A DNA stretch of 41,172 bases, from the sequence record NC_010537.1, one strand, 5' to 3'. The notes under the pieces were generated by a model. It searched no databases, was not told where the DNA came from, and saw only the letters and a list, made by a program, of their open reading frames with translations. A program made the translations under genes and the position numbers. Below, in pieces: positions 1 to 7,504 of the stretch. Positions within the stretch are counted from its first letter, which is position 1, and the number at the start of each line of letters is the position of its first letter.

Positions 1-10
1 CGAGAGAGAA

Positions 11-129
11 ACGTTATAAGACGTGTTAGACACGGATACGTCTTATACGTTGTAAGACACTGGCACGTCTTATAAGACATAAGACATGTCTTGTATCTTA
101 CGTCTTATAAGATACGTCTTAAGTTCTTA
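11..129. repeat. Telomere-like array of TAAGAC/GTCTTA hexamers in both orientations (mirrored at about 41044-41162)
   Basis: Perfect hexamers at 17, 40, 53, 67, 73, 80, 102, 116 plus several 1-mismatch copies; palindromes GTCTTATAAGAC 67-78 and AAGACATGTCTT 81-92. Confidence 0.9.
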
Positions 130-245
130 TACTGGGCTCATTCGTTCCTTTTTTTTATAGATATATTTTATACCCCCTCAAGACCTTGATTTTTGAATTT
201 TTCTCATGTTCAATTCAACGCTTGATTCAACGTTCAAAAGGGATG

Positions 246-261
246 GCAGGTTCCCACCTGC
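246..261. promoter_or_regulatory. Inverted repeat GCAGGT-N4-ACCTGC, copy 1 (mirror 40912-40927)
   Basis: GCAGGT tccc ACCTGC, nested within outer GGGATG/CATCCC arms (240-273). Confidence 0.6.
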
Positions 262-317
262 TACCGGCATCCCCACTTCGACAATTTTACTCCTTACGTC
301 AATCTAAATTTCAAATC

Positions 318-333
318 GCAGGTAGAAACCTGC
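318..333. promoter_or_regulatory. Inverted repeat GCAGGT-N4-ACCTGC, copy 2 (mirror 40840-40855)
   Basis: GCAGGT agaa ACCTGC; same arms as copy 1, different spacer. Confidence 0.6.
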
Positions 334-396
334 CAGCGGGATACACACTTTGACAATTAGAGAGAAAAATAAAAGTGATGAAATTTGTGTTATCAT

Positions 397-645
397 TTAT
401 ACGATGTACTTGTTTTCCTTTGTGAACTTTATTATTGTGTTTGTTATAACCATTTTTTGTTCGATTACAATTTTCCCTTCTTTCGTGTCTTTTATTGCGT
501 TAAAATTCACTGTTACGGCATATTCATTTCTTCCTACTATTTTTTCGATATGAATCCCTGTTATTACAATTTTATGTTCTCCGTATTTCTCTTTTAGTAT
601 TTTTTTCGTTTTTTCTATTATTTTTTCTATTTCGTCCATATACAT
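397..645 (-). CDS. Hypothetical protein, 82 aa
   Basis: ATG start, K/E/I-rich composition like the other viral genes, last gene of a co-oriented leftward cluster. Confidence 0.75.
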   Translation of the reverse strand: MYMDEIEKIIEKTKKILKEKYGEHKIVITGIHIEKIVGRNEYAVTVNFNAIKDTKEGKIVIEQKMVITNTIIKFTKENKYIV

Positions 646-648
646 TAT

Positions 649-1017
649 TCATATCCCTAATTCTTTCATTGTATGTGATATCATTCTTGGTGTTATTCCG
701 GTGCTTCTTGTTATTGTTTTTATTATCTTTGCCGTGTTTCTTGTATTGTGTTTTTTCCTTGCGTGTACTATTGCTATTACTATCAGCATCTTAAGTAATT
801 TCCAAGGTAAGTATTTTCCGTTTATCTTTGTTATTAAGTCTTGTGCCTCCATTAGTTCTTCTTTTGTTATTTCTTCGTCTAATTCTATCATGTATGTTTT
901 TTGTATTTTGTTGTTCCTTATTCTTTCTGCGTAGAATGTCTTCATGTCGTTTGTGTACACTATTACATCATATTTTCCGTTTCTATTTAGTGCAGTAACT
1001 TCGTATAACTTTATCAT
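649..1017 (-). CDS. Hypothetical protein, 122 aa, possible C-terminal HTH-like basic region
   Basis: Operonic spacing of 2-3 bp; C-terminal IIKTITRSTGITPRMISHTMKELGI is helix-turn-helix-like. Confidence 0.75.
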   Translation of the reverse strand: MIKLYEVTALNRNGKYDVIVYTNDMKTFYAERIRNNKIQKTYMIELDEEITKEELMEAQDLITKINGKYLPWKLLKMLIVIAIVHARKKHNTRNTAKIIKTITRSTGITPRMISHTMKELGI

Positions 1018-1019
1018 GT

Positions 1020-1301
1020 TTATGCACCTATGAACGTTTTTTTCTCCCCGTTTTGAATTATTTCATATCTTCTTCTCAAAAATTGGGACGGTGTAAACAT
1101 TAGTACGCTTCCTTTTTCCGTAACTATCTGAAATCTCGGAACTGTTGGTTTATTTTCCTTTAGCGTTATTATTTCTATGCTTTTTATTTTTTCTTTCCTT
1201 CCGTCTATTATTATGTATTTCTCTTCAGCTTTTTGTAATTCTTCGTATAATTGTTTTGCTAATTCCAATATGTTATCGTATCTCATTACCATATCCCCCA
1301 C
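1020..1301 (-). CDS. Hypothetical protein, up to 93 aa; shares a domain with ORF 1485-1886
   Basis: Motif EKIKSI...IVTEKG...TPSQ matches EKVTEI...IKTEKG...TPSE. Confidence 0.8.
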   Translation of the reverse strand: MGDMVMRYDNILELAKQLYEELQKAEEKYIIIDGRKEKIKSIEIITLKENKPTVPRFQIVTEKGSVLMFTPSQFLRRRYEIIQNGEKKTFIGA

Positions 1302-1480
1302 TTTTTGCTGTTTAATATTTTTATTTTGCCTTCTTCTACCATTTTTGCGTAATCAATAAGCATTTTGGATAATGCTTTGCGTAATTGTTCTTCCGTTGGT
1401 TCTTGTGGTACTTCGTCTACAGCAATATATATCTTTATGTGTAATAATTTGTTTTTTTCGTCGTATTGATATGTTATCAT
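1286..1480 (-). CDS. Hypothetical protein, 64 aa; paralogue of ORF 33379-33573
   Basis: ATG at 1480 with GGTGAG RBS; MITYQYDEKNKLLHIKIY...WGIW vs MISYQYDDKNKILHIKIY...WGLW. Confidence 0.85.
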   Translation of the reverse strand: MITYQYDEKNKLLHIKIYIAVDEVPQEPTEEQLRKALSKMLIDYAKMVEEGKIKILNSKKWGIW

Positions 1481-1484
1481 ACTC

Positions 1485-1886
1485 TCACCATGCATATATC
1501 GGGTATTCAAACAACTCGCTAGGTGTTAGAATATATGTTTTTCCTTTCTCAGTTTTAATAACCAGTTGTCTATCTACTAGTTTTATTTCCGTTACTTTTT
1601 CTTCTCTGTATAGTAGTTCTTTTCTCGTAGATAGGTATCTGTATATTTCACTTGTGGATGTTACAGGGTTAGGCTCCGGATACCTTGCTTTTATTATAAA
1701 TTCCCTCCTTTGGAACCTTTTTGGAGCGTCTATGATTTGCATTCCGTTGTCGAGTCTTGTTATTATTAATCCGTTTTTAGCTACTACTGAGACTACTTCT
1801 TTTTTACCTAGTTTCAGTTTTACGCTTATTTTGAATCCCTTATTTATTAACTCATTTAGTTGGTGTGCCTCCTCGTGTTCATTCAT
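1485..1886 (-). CDS. Hypothetical protein, 133 aa, two degenerate copies of a small beta domain
   Basis: ATG with GGGGGT RBS and upstream TATA; internal similarity and similarity to ORF 1020-1301. Confidence 0.8.
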   Translation of the reverse strand: MNEHEEAHQLNELINKGFKISVKLKLGKKEVVSVVAKNGLIITRLDNGMQIIDAPKRFQRREFIIKARYPEPNPVTSTSEIYRYLSTRKELLYREEKVTEIKLVDRQLVIKTEKGKTYILTPSELFEYPIYAW

Positions 1887-1894
1887 TTTTTTAA

Positions 1895-1916
1895 ACCCCC
1901 CTTTGTAAAGGGGGGT
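1895..1916. promoter_or_regulatory. Perfect inverted repeat ACCCCCCTTT-GT-AAAGGGGGGT overlapping the RBS and likely TSS of ORF 1485-1886
   Basis: 10-bp perfect arms read directly; minus-strand TATA at about 1923-1932. Confidence 0.7.
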
Positions 1917-1934
1917 AATTAAAATATAAAAATT

Positions 1935-2183
1935 TTACTTTTGTAATACGCCTTTTAGTATGTAGGTTCCCGTTTTTGTTATGATTAGCTCTTCTATATG
2001 TATCTTTTCCTTCAGTAGGCTTTCTAATTCCTGCTTTATTTCCGTTTTTATTTCTTTTATTTCTTGTATCTCCTGTAATTTTTGTGATTTTGTCACGTTT
2101 ATTTTGTTCGTCTCCAATGCCGTAAATATATCCTCTATTTTCTTTATGTCTATTTTTCCTTCAACCTCAATCTTTATTCTCAT
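1935..2183 (-). CDS. Hypothetical protein, 82 aa
   Basis: ATG with GAGGTG RBS; overlaps the upstream gene. Confidence 0.75.
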   Translation of the reverse strand: MRIKIEVEGKIDIKKIEDIFTALETNKINVTKSQKLQEIQEIKEIKTEIKQELESLLKEKIHIEELIITKTGTYILKGVLQK

Positions 2184-2460
2184 ATTCCCACCTCATTATT
2201 ATTTTTCCATCCGTTTTAATTTTTCCTTCCTTAAATTTCATTATTTCCGGTACTTTTTCCTTATATTTGTTTATTATTTCCGTCACTGTTTCATGTAATT
2301 CGGCGTTTTTTGTTATGTCTCTCTTTAGCAATTTGTTTTCTTCAAATGAAATCTCATTTTTTCCTATCAATTTCGCTAACCCCACTAGAAACTTTACGTT
2401 TTTATCATCCGTTGGTGCATCTATTATTGTTAGTATTATTTTTTTTATCATGTTTATCAC
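2167..2460 (-). CDS. Hypothetical protein, 97 aa
   Basis: Overlaps the stop of the Cas4-like gene; typical composition. Confidence 0.75.
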   Translation of the reverse strand: MINMIKKIILTIIDAPTDDKNVKFLVGLAKLIGKNEISFEENKLLKRDITKNAELHETVTEIINKYKEKVPEIMKFKEGKIKTDGKIIMRWEYENKD

Positions 2461-3068
2461 CTTATTTTGGAGTATCTACACGATTTTGCTAATTCACAGA
2501 ATTTGCATTCGCCGAATGGTGCTATTAATGTTTTTGTAAAATACGCTACTATTTGTTTATATATCCAATTATCATTTACCGTGTATTGTCCGAAGAACGT
2601 TTGTCCCGTTTCTATATTCCTTATTTCTCCGTCTCTTATTTCGAATTCTGTTATGTCATTACTTCCTAAGTATACTAAAAGTCCGGTTTTTGCTCCTATC
2701 ATATTCATGTAAATTAGTACTTGGTAGATGTGTGGTTCATATGGAAACTGTGGTGGCTTGTGGACGCTTTTGAACTCCACTATTATTCCGTCTTTTGTTA
2801 TTCCGTCCAGTCTGCCTATCAATGTGTATTCGCCGTATTGTTTTTGTACTTCTTTTTCAAACTCAATCTGAAGCTCACCGTATTCTTTCAGCAATTTCTC
2901 TATTCCCTCGTGTATTGCAGTTCCTCGTATTAGCTGAATTGGTGGTATTTCGCTTTGCGGTCTTAGTACGCAATGTAGAAGGTCGGTTACGTAAACTGAC
3001 TTTTCTCCTTTTTGCGGGTGTTGTTCCTGCATTTTTTTGAATGCCTTCAATATTTCTTCCTTTATCAT
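2457..3068 (-). CDS. cas4: Cas4-like (RecB/PD-(D/E)xK) exonuclease with a 4-Cys Fe-S cluster, homologous to rudivirus gp19
   Basis: TDLLHC, GTAIHE, GRLDG, EFKS and QVLIYM motifs; C-terminal [10 protein letters not shown]. Confidence 0.9.
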   Translation of the reverse strand: MIKEEILKAFKKMQEQHPQKGEKSVYVTDLLHCVLRPQSEIPPIQLIRGTAIHEGIEKLLKEYGELQIEFEKEVQKQYGEYTLIGRLDGITKDGIIVEFKSVHKPPQFPYEPHIYQVLIYMNMIGAKTGLLVYLGSNDITEFEIRDGEIRNIETGQTFFGQYTVNDNWIYKQIVAYFTKTLIAPFGECKFCELAKSCRYSKIR

Positions 3069-3328
3069 TTCTTTTCACCTTTTATGTTTTTGAATCCTTT
3101 TTCTTCTAATTTTGCTATTATATTTTCCATTTCTTCCGCTTCTTTTTCCAGTCTCTTTTCTAGTTCTTTTACTTCTTTTTCGACTTCTTCCAATTTCTTC
3201 AAGTCATTTTCGTCATTTATTGTAAAGTATTCTGTCCTGCTCAGTTTTACGTTCTTAGTTTTGACTTTTATTATGAAGATTGCGTTTATTATTTCATTGT
3301 CTATCTCATAATATTTCTTTATCGTCAT
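3065..3328 (-). CDS. Hypothetical protein, 87 aa, C-terminal coiled coil
   Basis: Lies between the helicase and nuclease genes, with an ATGA overlap at the nuclease start. Confidence 0.75.
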   Translation of the reverse strand: MTIKKYYEIDNEIINAIFIIKVKTKNVKLSRTEYFTINDENDLKKLEEVEKEVKELEKRLEKEAEEMENIIAKLEEKGFKNIKGEKK

Positions 3329-3340
3329 CTTTTCTCACCT

Positions 3341-5149
3341 TTATCTACAAATTACTTTTAACATTTTTTCGCCTATTATTTTCTTTGCGGTTTCTTTTTG
3401 TGAGCATAATTCCGTTTTATTATGGATTCCGTTTCTCATCAGTTCTACTGCTCTTTTTCTTCCGATTCCCGGTAGTTGGACTAACGCTAATGCTTGTGCC
3501 GGAACGCCGTATCTTATCTCTAAGAATAACATCCTTAGTTTGTCTGCTAGCTCTTTTCTTCCGAGTGCTTTAGTAATTCTGTAGACACCGTATGTTTGCC
3601 AAGACAGTGTCTGAATCAATTTGTTCAAATCGTTGAACGTCATGTTCCTTGTCGTCTTAAGAATGATTTTTTCATCAACTCCTTTTATCCATGAGTCAAA
3701 GATAGTATATACGTTTTCGCCTTTAGAAGCGTTTAGCACATTTTCGTTGTTTAATATTGCGTTTACTACCTCATCTTCTGTTACTTTATCTCTTTCTAAT
3801 ACGTCGTGATAGGCGATAGCGTCTTTAACGTCAAAGTACGATTCTGCTACAGCCCTTCCGTAAGGTGTCGTAAAGTAGCCTGTGCTGTCTTGCCCTATTA
3901 GTCTAGCGTCATGTAGTAGGTCTATTTTTTGTTTAACTAGGATTTCCGGCATTCCTTTGAACGAAATGGTGTGGTGTATTGCTTCCATTATTTCGCCGGG
4001 TTTTATGTAAACATATTTCGATATTAGTGCTAGTAAAAAGTCCTCGAGTTGGTGATGTCCTACTATTTCGCCGTATTCTGAATTAAAATACGTCTTCATT
4101 AGTCTTTGTGCTTGTTTTGTGTCTGTTGCTTCAATTACGCAAAGTCCTTCTTCATCGTATCCTGGTCTACCTGCTCTTCCACAGATTTGATCGAATTCGA
4201 TTGGCGTTATTTGCTTCCATCCGATAAACCTGCCGTAATCGATAATCGGTAATTTCAAATCATCAAATACTACTGCATAGAATGGGAAATTGACTCCTTG
4301 GCTTAACGCAGTAGTTGATATTATAATGTTATATTTCCCTTGTCTTGTCTCCTCCAGAAGCCTTAGTTTTGTATCTGGACTTAACCCGGCGTGGAAAAAC
4401 GCTACTTTTCCGGGAAATCTTTTATCGTAAATTAGGTATAGTTCTTCTGCTTTTTTTCTGGTTGATGTGAATATCATTACAACTTTGTTTTTTCTCACCA
4501 TTTTCTTTATGAAGTCCTCTTTTAATTCTATTTTATCACCGTCTTCGAAAATTAGCATGTTTCCTATTTTTATTGCTTTGTATAACGGGATGGGTCTCTC
4601 ATCTGTTTTTATTATTTCCGCATCAGTTATTTCAGCAATTTTGTTAATATCTGGAATTGTTGCACTCATCATAACTAGTCTAATTCCTTCATTCATTGCG
4701 TATGCTATTAAATTCTCTATCGCTCTGCCTCTTTCCTTATCGCCTATGTTATGTATTTCATCGATTATTAATGTCTCGATTCTATCAGCCCATCCATAGT
4801 GTCTTCTAAATACCGCATCAGCCTTTTCGTAAGTAGTGAAAATTACTCTTTCTGATAGGTTTTCGGGGTCTTCTTCATAGACTTCTGACGTTAGAGCTAT
4901 TGAATCGGCATATCCGTTCACTAGAGGTGCTACTTTGTTGTGGAAATCATCATTTAATTGTAGTGCCAAGGCACGTAATGGTACTGTGTACATTACTCTA
5001 GCTTTTGTCTCCATTGCCATTAGCATTGCTAGAAATGACTTTCCCGTTCCAGTAGGTGCTGATATTAGTAAGTTTTTGTCCGTCATTATGAATTCGTTTA
5101 AAGCTTTCTTTTGGAATTCATTGAGGTTTAACGTGATTATCACCTCCAT
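3341..5149 (-). CDS. SF2 Ski2/Hel308(Hjm)-like helicase, 602 aa
   Basis: APTGTGKS, DEIH, MSAT, FHAGL, TTALSQGVNFP and QICGRAGRPG motifs; C-terminal HhH LPGIGRKRA. Confidence 0.95.
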   Translation of the reverse strand: MEVIITLNLNEFQKKALNEFIMTDKNLLISAPTGTGKSFLAMLMAMETKARVMYTVPLRALALQLNDDFHNKVAPLVNGYADSIALTSEVYEEDPENLSERVIFTTYEKADAVFRRHYGWADRIETLIIDEIHNIGDKERGRAIENLIAYAMNEGIRLVMMSATIPDINKIAEITDAEIIKTDERPIPLYKAIKIGNMLIFEDGDKIELKEDFIKKMVRKNKVVMIFTSTRKKAEELYLIYDKRFPGKVAFFHAGLSPDTKLRLLEETRQGKYNIIISTTALSQGVNFPFYAVVFDDLKLPIIDYGRFIGWKQITPIEFDQICGRAGRPGYDEEGLCVIEATDTKQAQRLMKTYFNSEYGEIVGHHQLEDFLLALISKYVYIKPGEIMEAIHHTISFKGMPEILVKQKIDLLHDARLIGQDSTGYFTTPYGRAVAESYFDVKDAIAYHDVLERDKVTEDEVVNAILNNENVLNASKGENVYTIFDSWIKGVDEKIILKTTRNMTFNDLNKLIQTLSWQTYGVYRITKALGRKELADKLRMLFLEIRYGVPAQALALVQLPGIGRKRAVELMRNGIHNKTELCSQKETAKKIIGEKMLKVICR

Positions 5150-5357
5150 AGAACTCTAGTTCTGATATTTTTCGTATTACTGATATTTTAGAAATCTTTA
5201 TGTAAATAGGGTTTCCGTTACTGTCTTCTCCTATTAGGTTGTTGTAATCGTCAATTTCTGTTATTTTCATTCTGTATTTACGTCCTTGTGCTAACACTTC
5301 TACCATATCGCCTACTGAAAATGAGATTTTTCCTAATTTGAGTTGAGTTTTGCTCAT
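5118..5357 (-). CDS. Small SH3/Sm-like beta-barrel protein, 79 aa
   Basis: Likely start ATG 5357; pattern VGDMVEVLAQGRKYRMKITEIDD...IYIKISKISVI; fold is inferred. Confidence 0.65.
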   Translation of the reverse strand: MSKTQLKLGKISFSVGDMVEVLAQGRKYRMKITEIDDYNNLIGEDSNGNPIYIKISKISVIRKISELEFYGGDNHVKPQ

Positions 5358-5419
5358 TAAAAAATGATAGCACATTCTCGCATTTAAGTTTTTTAGTTTC
5401 TTTTCTTTTTCCTTTTATT

Positions 5420-5629
5420 ATGAAAGTCATTTTATCCATAGATAAGGTTCTTTATGAAGAGAAAGAGTGTAGTGAGTTTCTGGAATGTTTAGAAATTTAT
5501 ATGAAATATTTGACAGAATACGGGAAACAATTAGGGCTTTGTTACGGTAATAATTATTCTAATGAATTTCCAATCCCGGGTGAATATAAAAATAAATGTC
5601 TTAACGGATATGTGGAAATAGTGAGATGA
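5420..5629 (+). CDS. Hypothetical protein, 69 aa, four Cys
   Basis: Fills the gap between two minus-strand operons; ATG start. Confidence 0.6.
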   Translation: MKVILSIDKVLYEEKECSEFLECLEIYMKYLTEYGKQLGLCYGNNYSNEFPIPGEYKNKCLNGYVEIVR

Positions 5630-5635
5630 AAAAAA

Positions 5636-5989
5636 TCATTCAAGTAAGGATTTTCTTTTTCTTGTTGATGATGTCTTTTGTTCATATTTTTCCACATATT
5701 TGAATAATTCCTCATATTTCTCCAGTAATCTCATTATCTCTTTTGCATCTGCTAACGCTTCTGCAGGGAATGATACCGAGTTCGTGGGTTTCTGTCCATG
5801 TATTGATATTAATACATTAAGATTTCCTTTATCGTCCTTATATCCAATGAATCCCAATGACAGCGATTCTCCTTCATAGACATCAAACCTCTCTATTCTT
5901 TTCTGTGATTGCTTGAATTCTTCAACCCATTTGTCTATTTCTGATTTTAACTCTTCAACTTTTGATTTTTGTACTTCTTGTTTTGCCAC
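5636..5989 (-). CDS. ssDNA-binding protein, rudivirus SIRV2 gp17 (ORF131)-like, 117 aa
   Basis: ISIHGQ...DAKEIMRLLEKYEELF resembles gp17 as recalled (MTIHSQ...DLKLIAEFLEKYSDFL); located upstream of the helicase and Cas4-like genes. Confidence 0.65.
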   Translation of the reverse strand: MAKQEVQKSKVEELKSEIDKWVEEFKQSQKRIERFDVYEGESLSLGFIGYKDDKGNLNVLISIHGQKPTNSVSFPAEALADAKEIMRLLEKYEELFKYVEKYEQKTSSTRKRKSLLE

Positions 5990-6001
5990 CGCTCATCACC
6001 T

Positions 6002-6574
6002 TTATTGGGTTTGTATTTTTCCTGCTTTTACTAAAGCTTCATACTGTATCTTTAATGCTTCTAGTTGTGATGGGTGTATCAGCACAATCATCGGCTGTTT
6101 GTAGTCTGACTGTTGATATGCTACAGCTACAATTACCGCTCCTGATTTCAATTTTGGTATTACAGACCTCATTAGGCTATAATAAACGCCTTGTGACGTC
6201 GAAAATAAATAGACTTCTTTTCTATGTTTGTTTACTTCTTTAATTAAATCAATAGGAATTGTTTGGCTGTCTGATATCGATTTTATAAGTTTTTGTTCTA
6301 AGTTGTTGTCATCAATAACCCACCCGTCTATATAGCTAACTTGGGCGGGNGTGTTACTGTTTTTTAAGATGACATCCCTAATTTCTACTTTTCTAATTAT
6401 TAACAGTCTCCATATGTACTTTGTTAGATTTTCCCTTTGAAACGGTAATGTTAATTCATCCGATTTTGCTTCTTCTACTAATTCAACTTTTGTTGTTACT
6501 AATTCTTCTTCTTGTTCTTGTTCTTCTTCTTGTTCTTTCAATTCATCTTTAATGCTTTTTTCTTTATTCACCAT
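6002..6574 (-). CDS. Hypothetical protein, 190 aa, acidic N-terminal tail; possible OB-fold
   Basis: AGGTGA RBS; poly-E/Q N-terminus; contains an ambiguous base N at 6350. Confidence 0.8.
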   Translation of the reverse strand: MVNKEKSIKDELKEQEEEQEQEEELVTTKVELVEEAKSDELTLPFQRENLTKYIWRLLIIRKVEIRDVILKNSNXPAQVSYIDGWVIDDNNLEQKLIKSISDSQTIPIDLIKEVNKHRKEVYLFSTSQGVYYSLMRSVIPKLKSGAVIVAVAYQQSDYKQPMIVLIHPSQLEALKIQYEALVKAGKIQTQ

Positions 6575-6717
6575 GTTTTTATCACCTGTTTGATTTCTTC
6601 TGGATATGATTCATACAATTGACAAAATTCTAAAAAAATTTTTTCTGAATGACTTAATGCCTCGAGGGGTAAGCCCTCGGGGTTTACTATTTGATTGCAT
6701 TCCTCGAACTTGGGCAT
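6568..6717 (-). CDS. Small protein, 49 aa, below the ORF-track cutoff (MPKFEECNQIVNPEGLPLEALSHSEKIFLEFCQLYESYPEEIKQVIKTW)
   Basis: Translated by hand; first ORF after the promoter at 6750-6764; stop overlaps ATG 6574 (ATGGTGA). Confidence 0.65.
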   Translation of the reverse strand: MPKFEECNQIVNPEGLPLEALSHSEKIFLEFCQLYESYPEEIKQVIKTW

Positions 6718-6749
6718 GTTGTCACTACTTAGAAATGTGTTAGCATTTA

Positions 6750-6764
6750 TTTATAAATCTTTTT
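6750..6764 (-). promoter_or_regulatory. BRE+TATA promoter (AAAAAGATTTATAAA) for the 49aa-190aa-SSB operon
   Basis: Variant of the repeated AAAAGATTTATA motif. Confidence 0.65.
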
Positions 6765-6775
6765 GTTCAATAGAC

Positions 6776-6792
6776 AAGAAAGATTTATATAC
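6776..6792 (+). promoter_or_regulatory. BRE+TATA promoter (AAGAAAGATTTATATAC) for ORF 6822-7094
   Basis: Same motif family, divergent from the 6750-6764 copy. Confidence 0.65.
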
Positions 6793-6821
6793 ATTAATAA
6801 TGCATATTAGTGTGATGGGTT

Positions 6822-7094
6822 ATGAGTGTAGATGCATGTGAAAGTATACGAAAACAGATAGAAGAGTTGGCTATGACAGAAGGATATGCATATGAATTAT
6901 TATTCCAGTTAGTAAAAAGATTCAAGGCAGTATATAAAGAATATAATGAGGGCGAAAGGACGTTGAGAGGTATATATCCTGTAGCTAATTCAAGTAAGTA
7001 TTTAGCGATAGTGTATAAGCCTTTTGATGTCTCTATAAGAACATTATGTGATTCTGATGTAGAGAAGTGCAAGAGTTTTATTTTTTCAAGTTAA
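6822..7094 (+). CDS. Hypothetical protein, 90 aa (candidate early/anti-defence gene)
   Basis: Own promoter and downstream T-run terminator. Confidence 0.75.
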   Translation: MSVDACESIRKQIEELAMTEGYAYELLFQLVKRFKAVYKEYNEGERTLRGIYPVANSSKYLAIVYKPFDVSIRTLCDSDVEKCKSFIFSS

Positions 7095-7229
7095 TTATTT
7101 TTTTATGTCATATTTTTCTCATTTTAGGTAAATTATTTCTATTTATCTATATAAGTCGATTGAAATTTAAGATGAGTAGTAATATTATGATAATCATGAA
7201 AAAAATAGGGCATAAAAAAATGATTTGAT

Positions 7230-7484
7230 TTAAATGTTTGTAGTGACGATACAAGTTTTATTATTAGATGTGAAAGACTTGATGTATTTGAATAGAAGCA
7301 ATTTATTGTTGTAGCTGAACACTATTTCTTTTTTGTACTCGAATTTATCTTCTTCTTTTTTTTCTGTTATTTTTTTAATTTCTGCTATTTTTTCTAGTTC
7401 ATTACATTCTTCATTGTTCAATTCATATCTTAGATAAATTCCCTTTGCTAATAGTTCTAACATCGCTTCTATGTATGGATTCAT
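7230..7484 (-). CDS. Hypothetical protein, 84 aa (weak AcrID1/AFV1-ORF99-like pattern)
   Basis: Leaderless ATG about 26 nt from the centre of the 20-bp promoter TATA; family similarity is weak and from memory. Confidence 0.7.
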   Translation of the reverse strand: MNPYIEAMLELLAKGIYLRYELNNEECNELEKIAEIKKITEKKEEDKFEYKKEIVFSYNNKLLLFKYIKSFTSNNKTCIVTTNI

Positions 7485-7504
7485 ATTTATTTATTGTTCT
7501 TCTA

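Larger units (their letters stand above)
1..384 (+). repeat. Left inverted terminal repeat (384 bp)
   Basis: Reverse complement of 40789-41172; identity stops at 385 vs 40788. Confidence 0.97.

Noticed and set aside
11-129. Terminal repeats as a CRISPR array or transposon ends
   Set aside because: Units are 6-12 bp in mixed orientation with no spacers, and there is no transposase next to them
1372-1908. Plus-strand 178-aa ORF and similar F/S/L/I-rich ORFs (e.g. 701-934, 1981-2298, 4467-4799, 15661-16032, 23217-23657, 35149-35478)
   Set aside because: Antisense shadows of K/E-rich real genes, with no RBS or promoter support
6350-6350. Ambiguous base N within the 190-aa ORF
   Set aside because: Sequencing ambiguity; the frame stays open, so it has no biological meaning on its own
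6660-6682. GC-rich hairpin as an intergenic terminator
   Set aside because: It lies inside the 49-aa ORF and upstream of a coupled gene, and is not followed by a T-run on the coding strand
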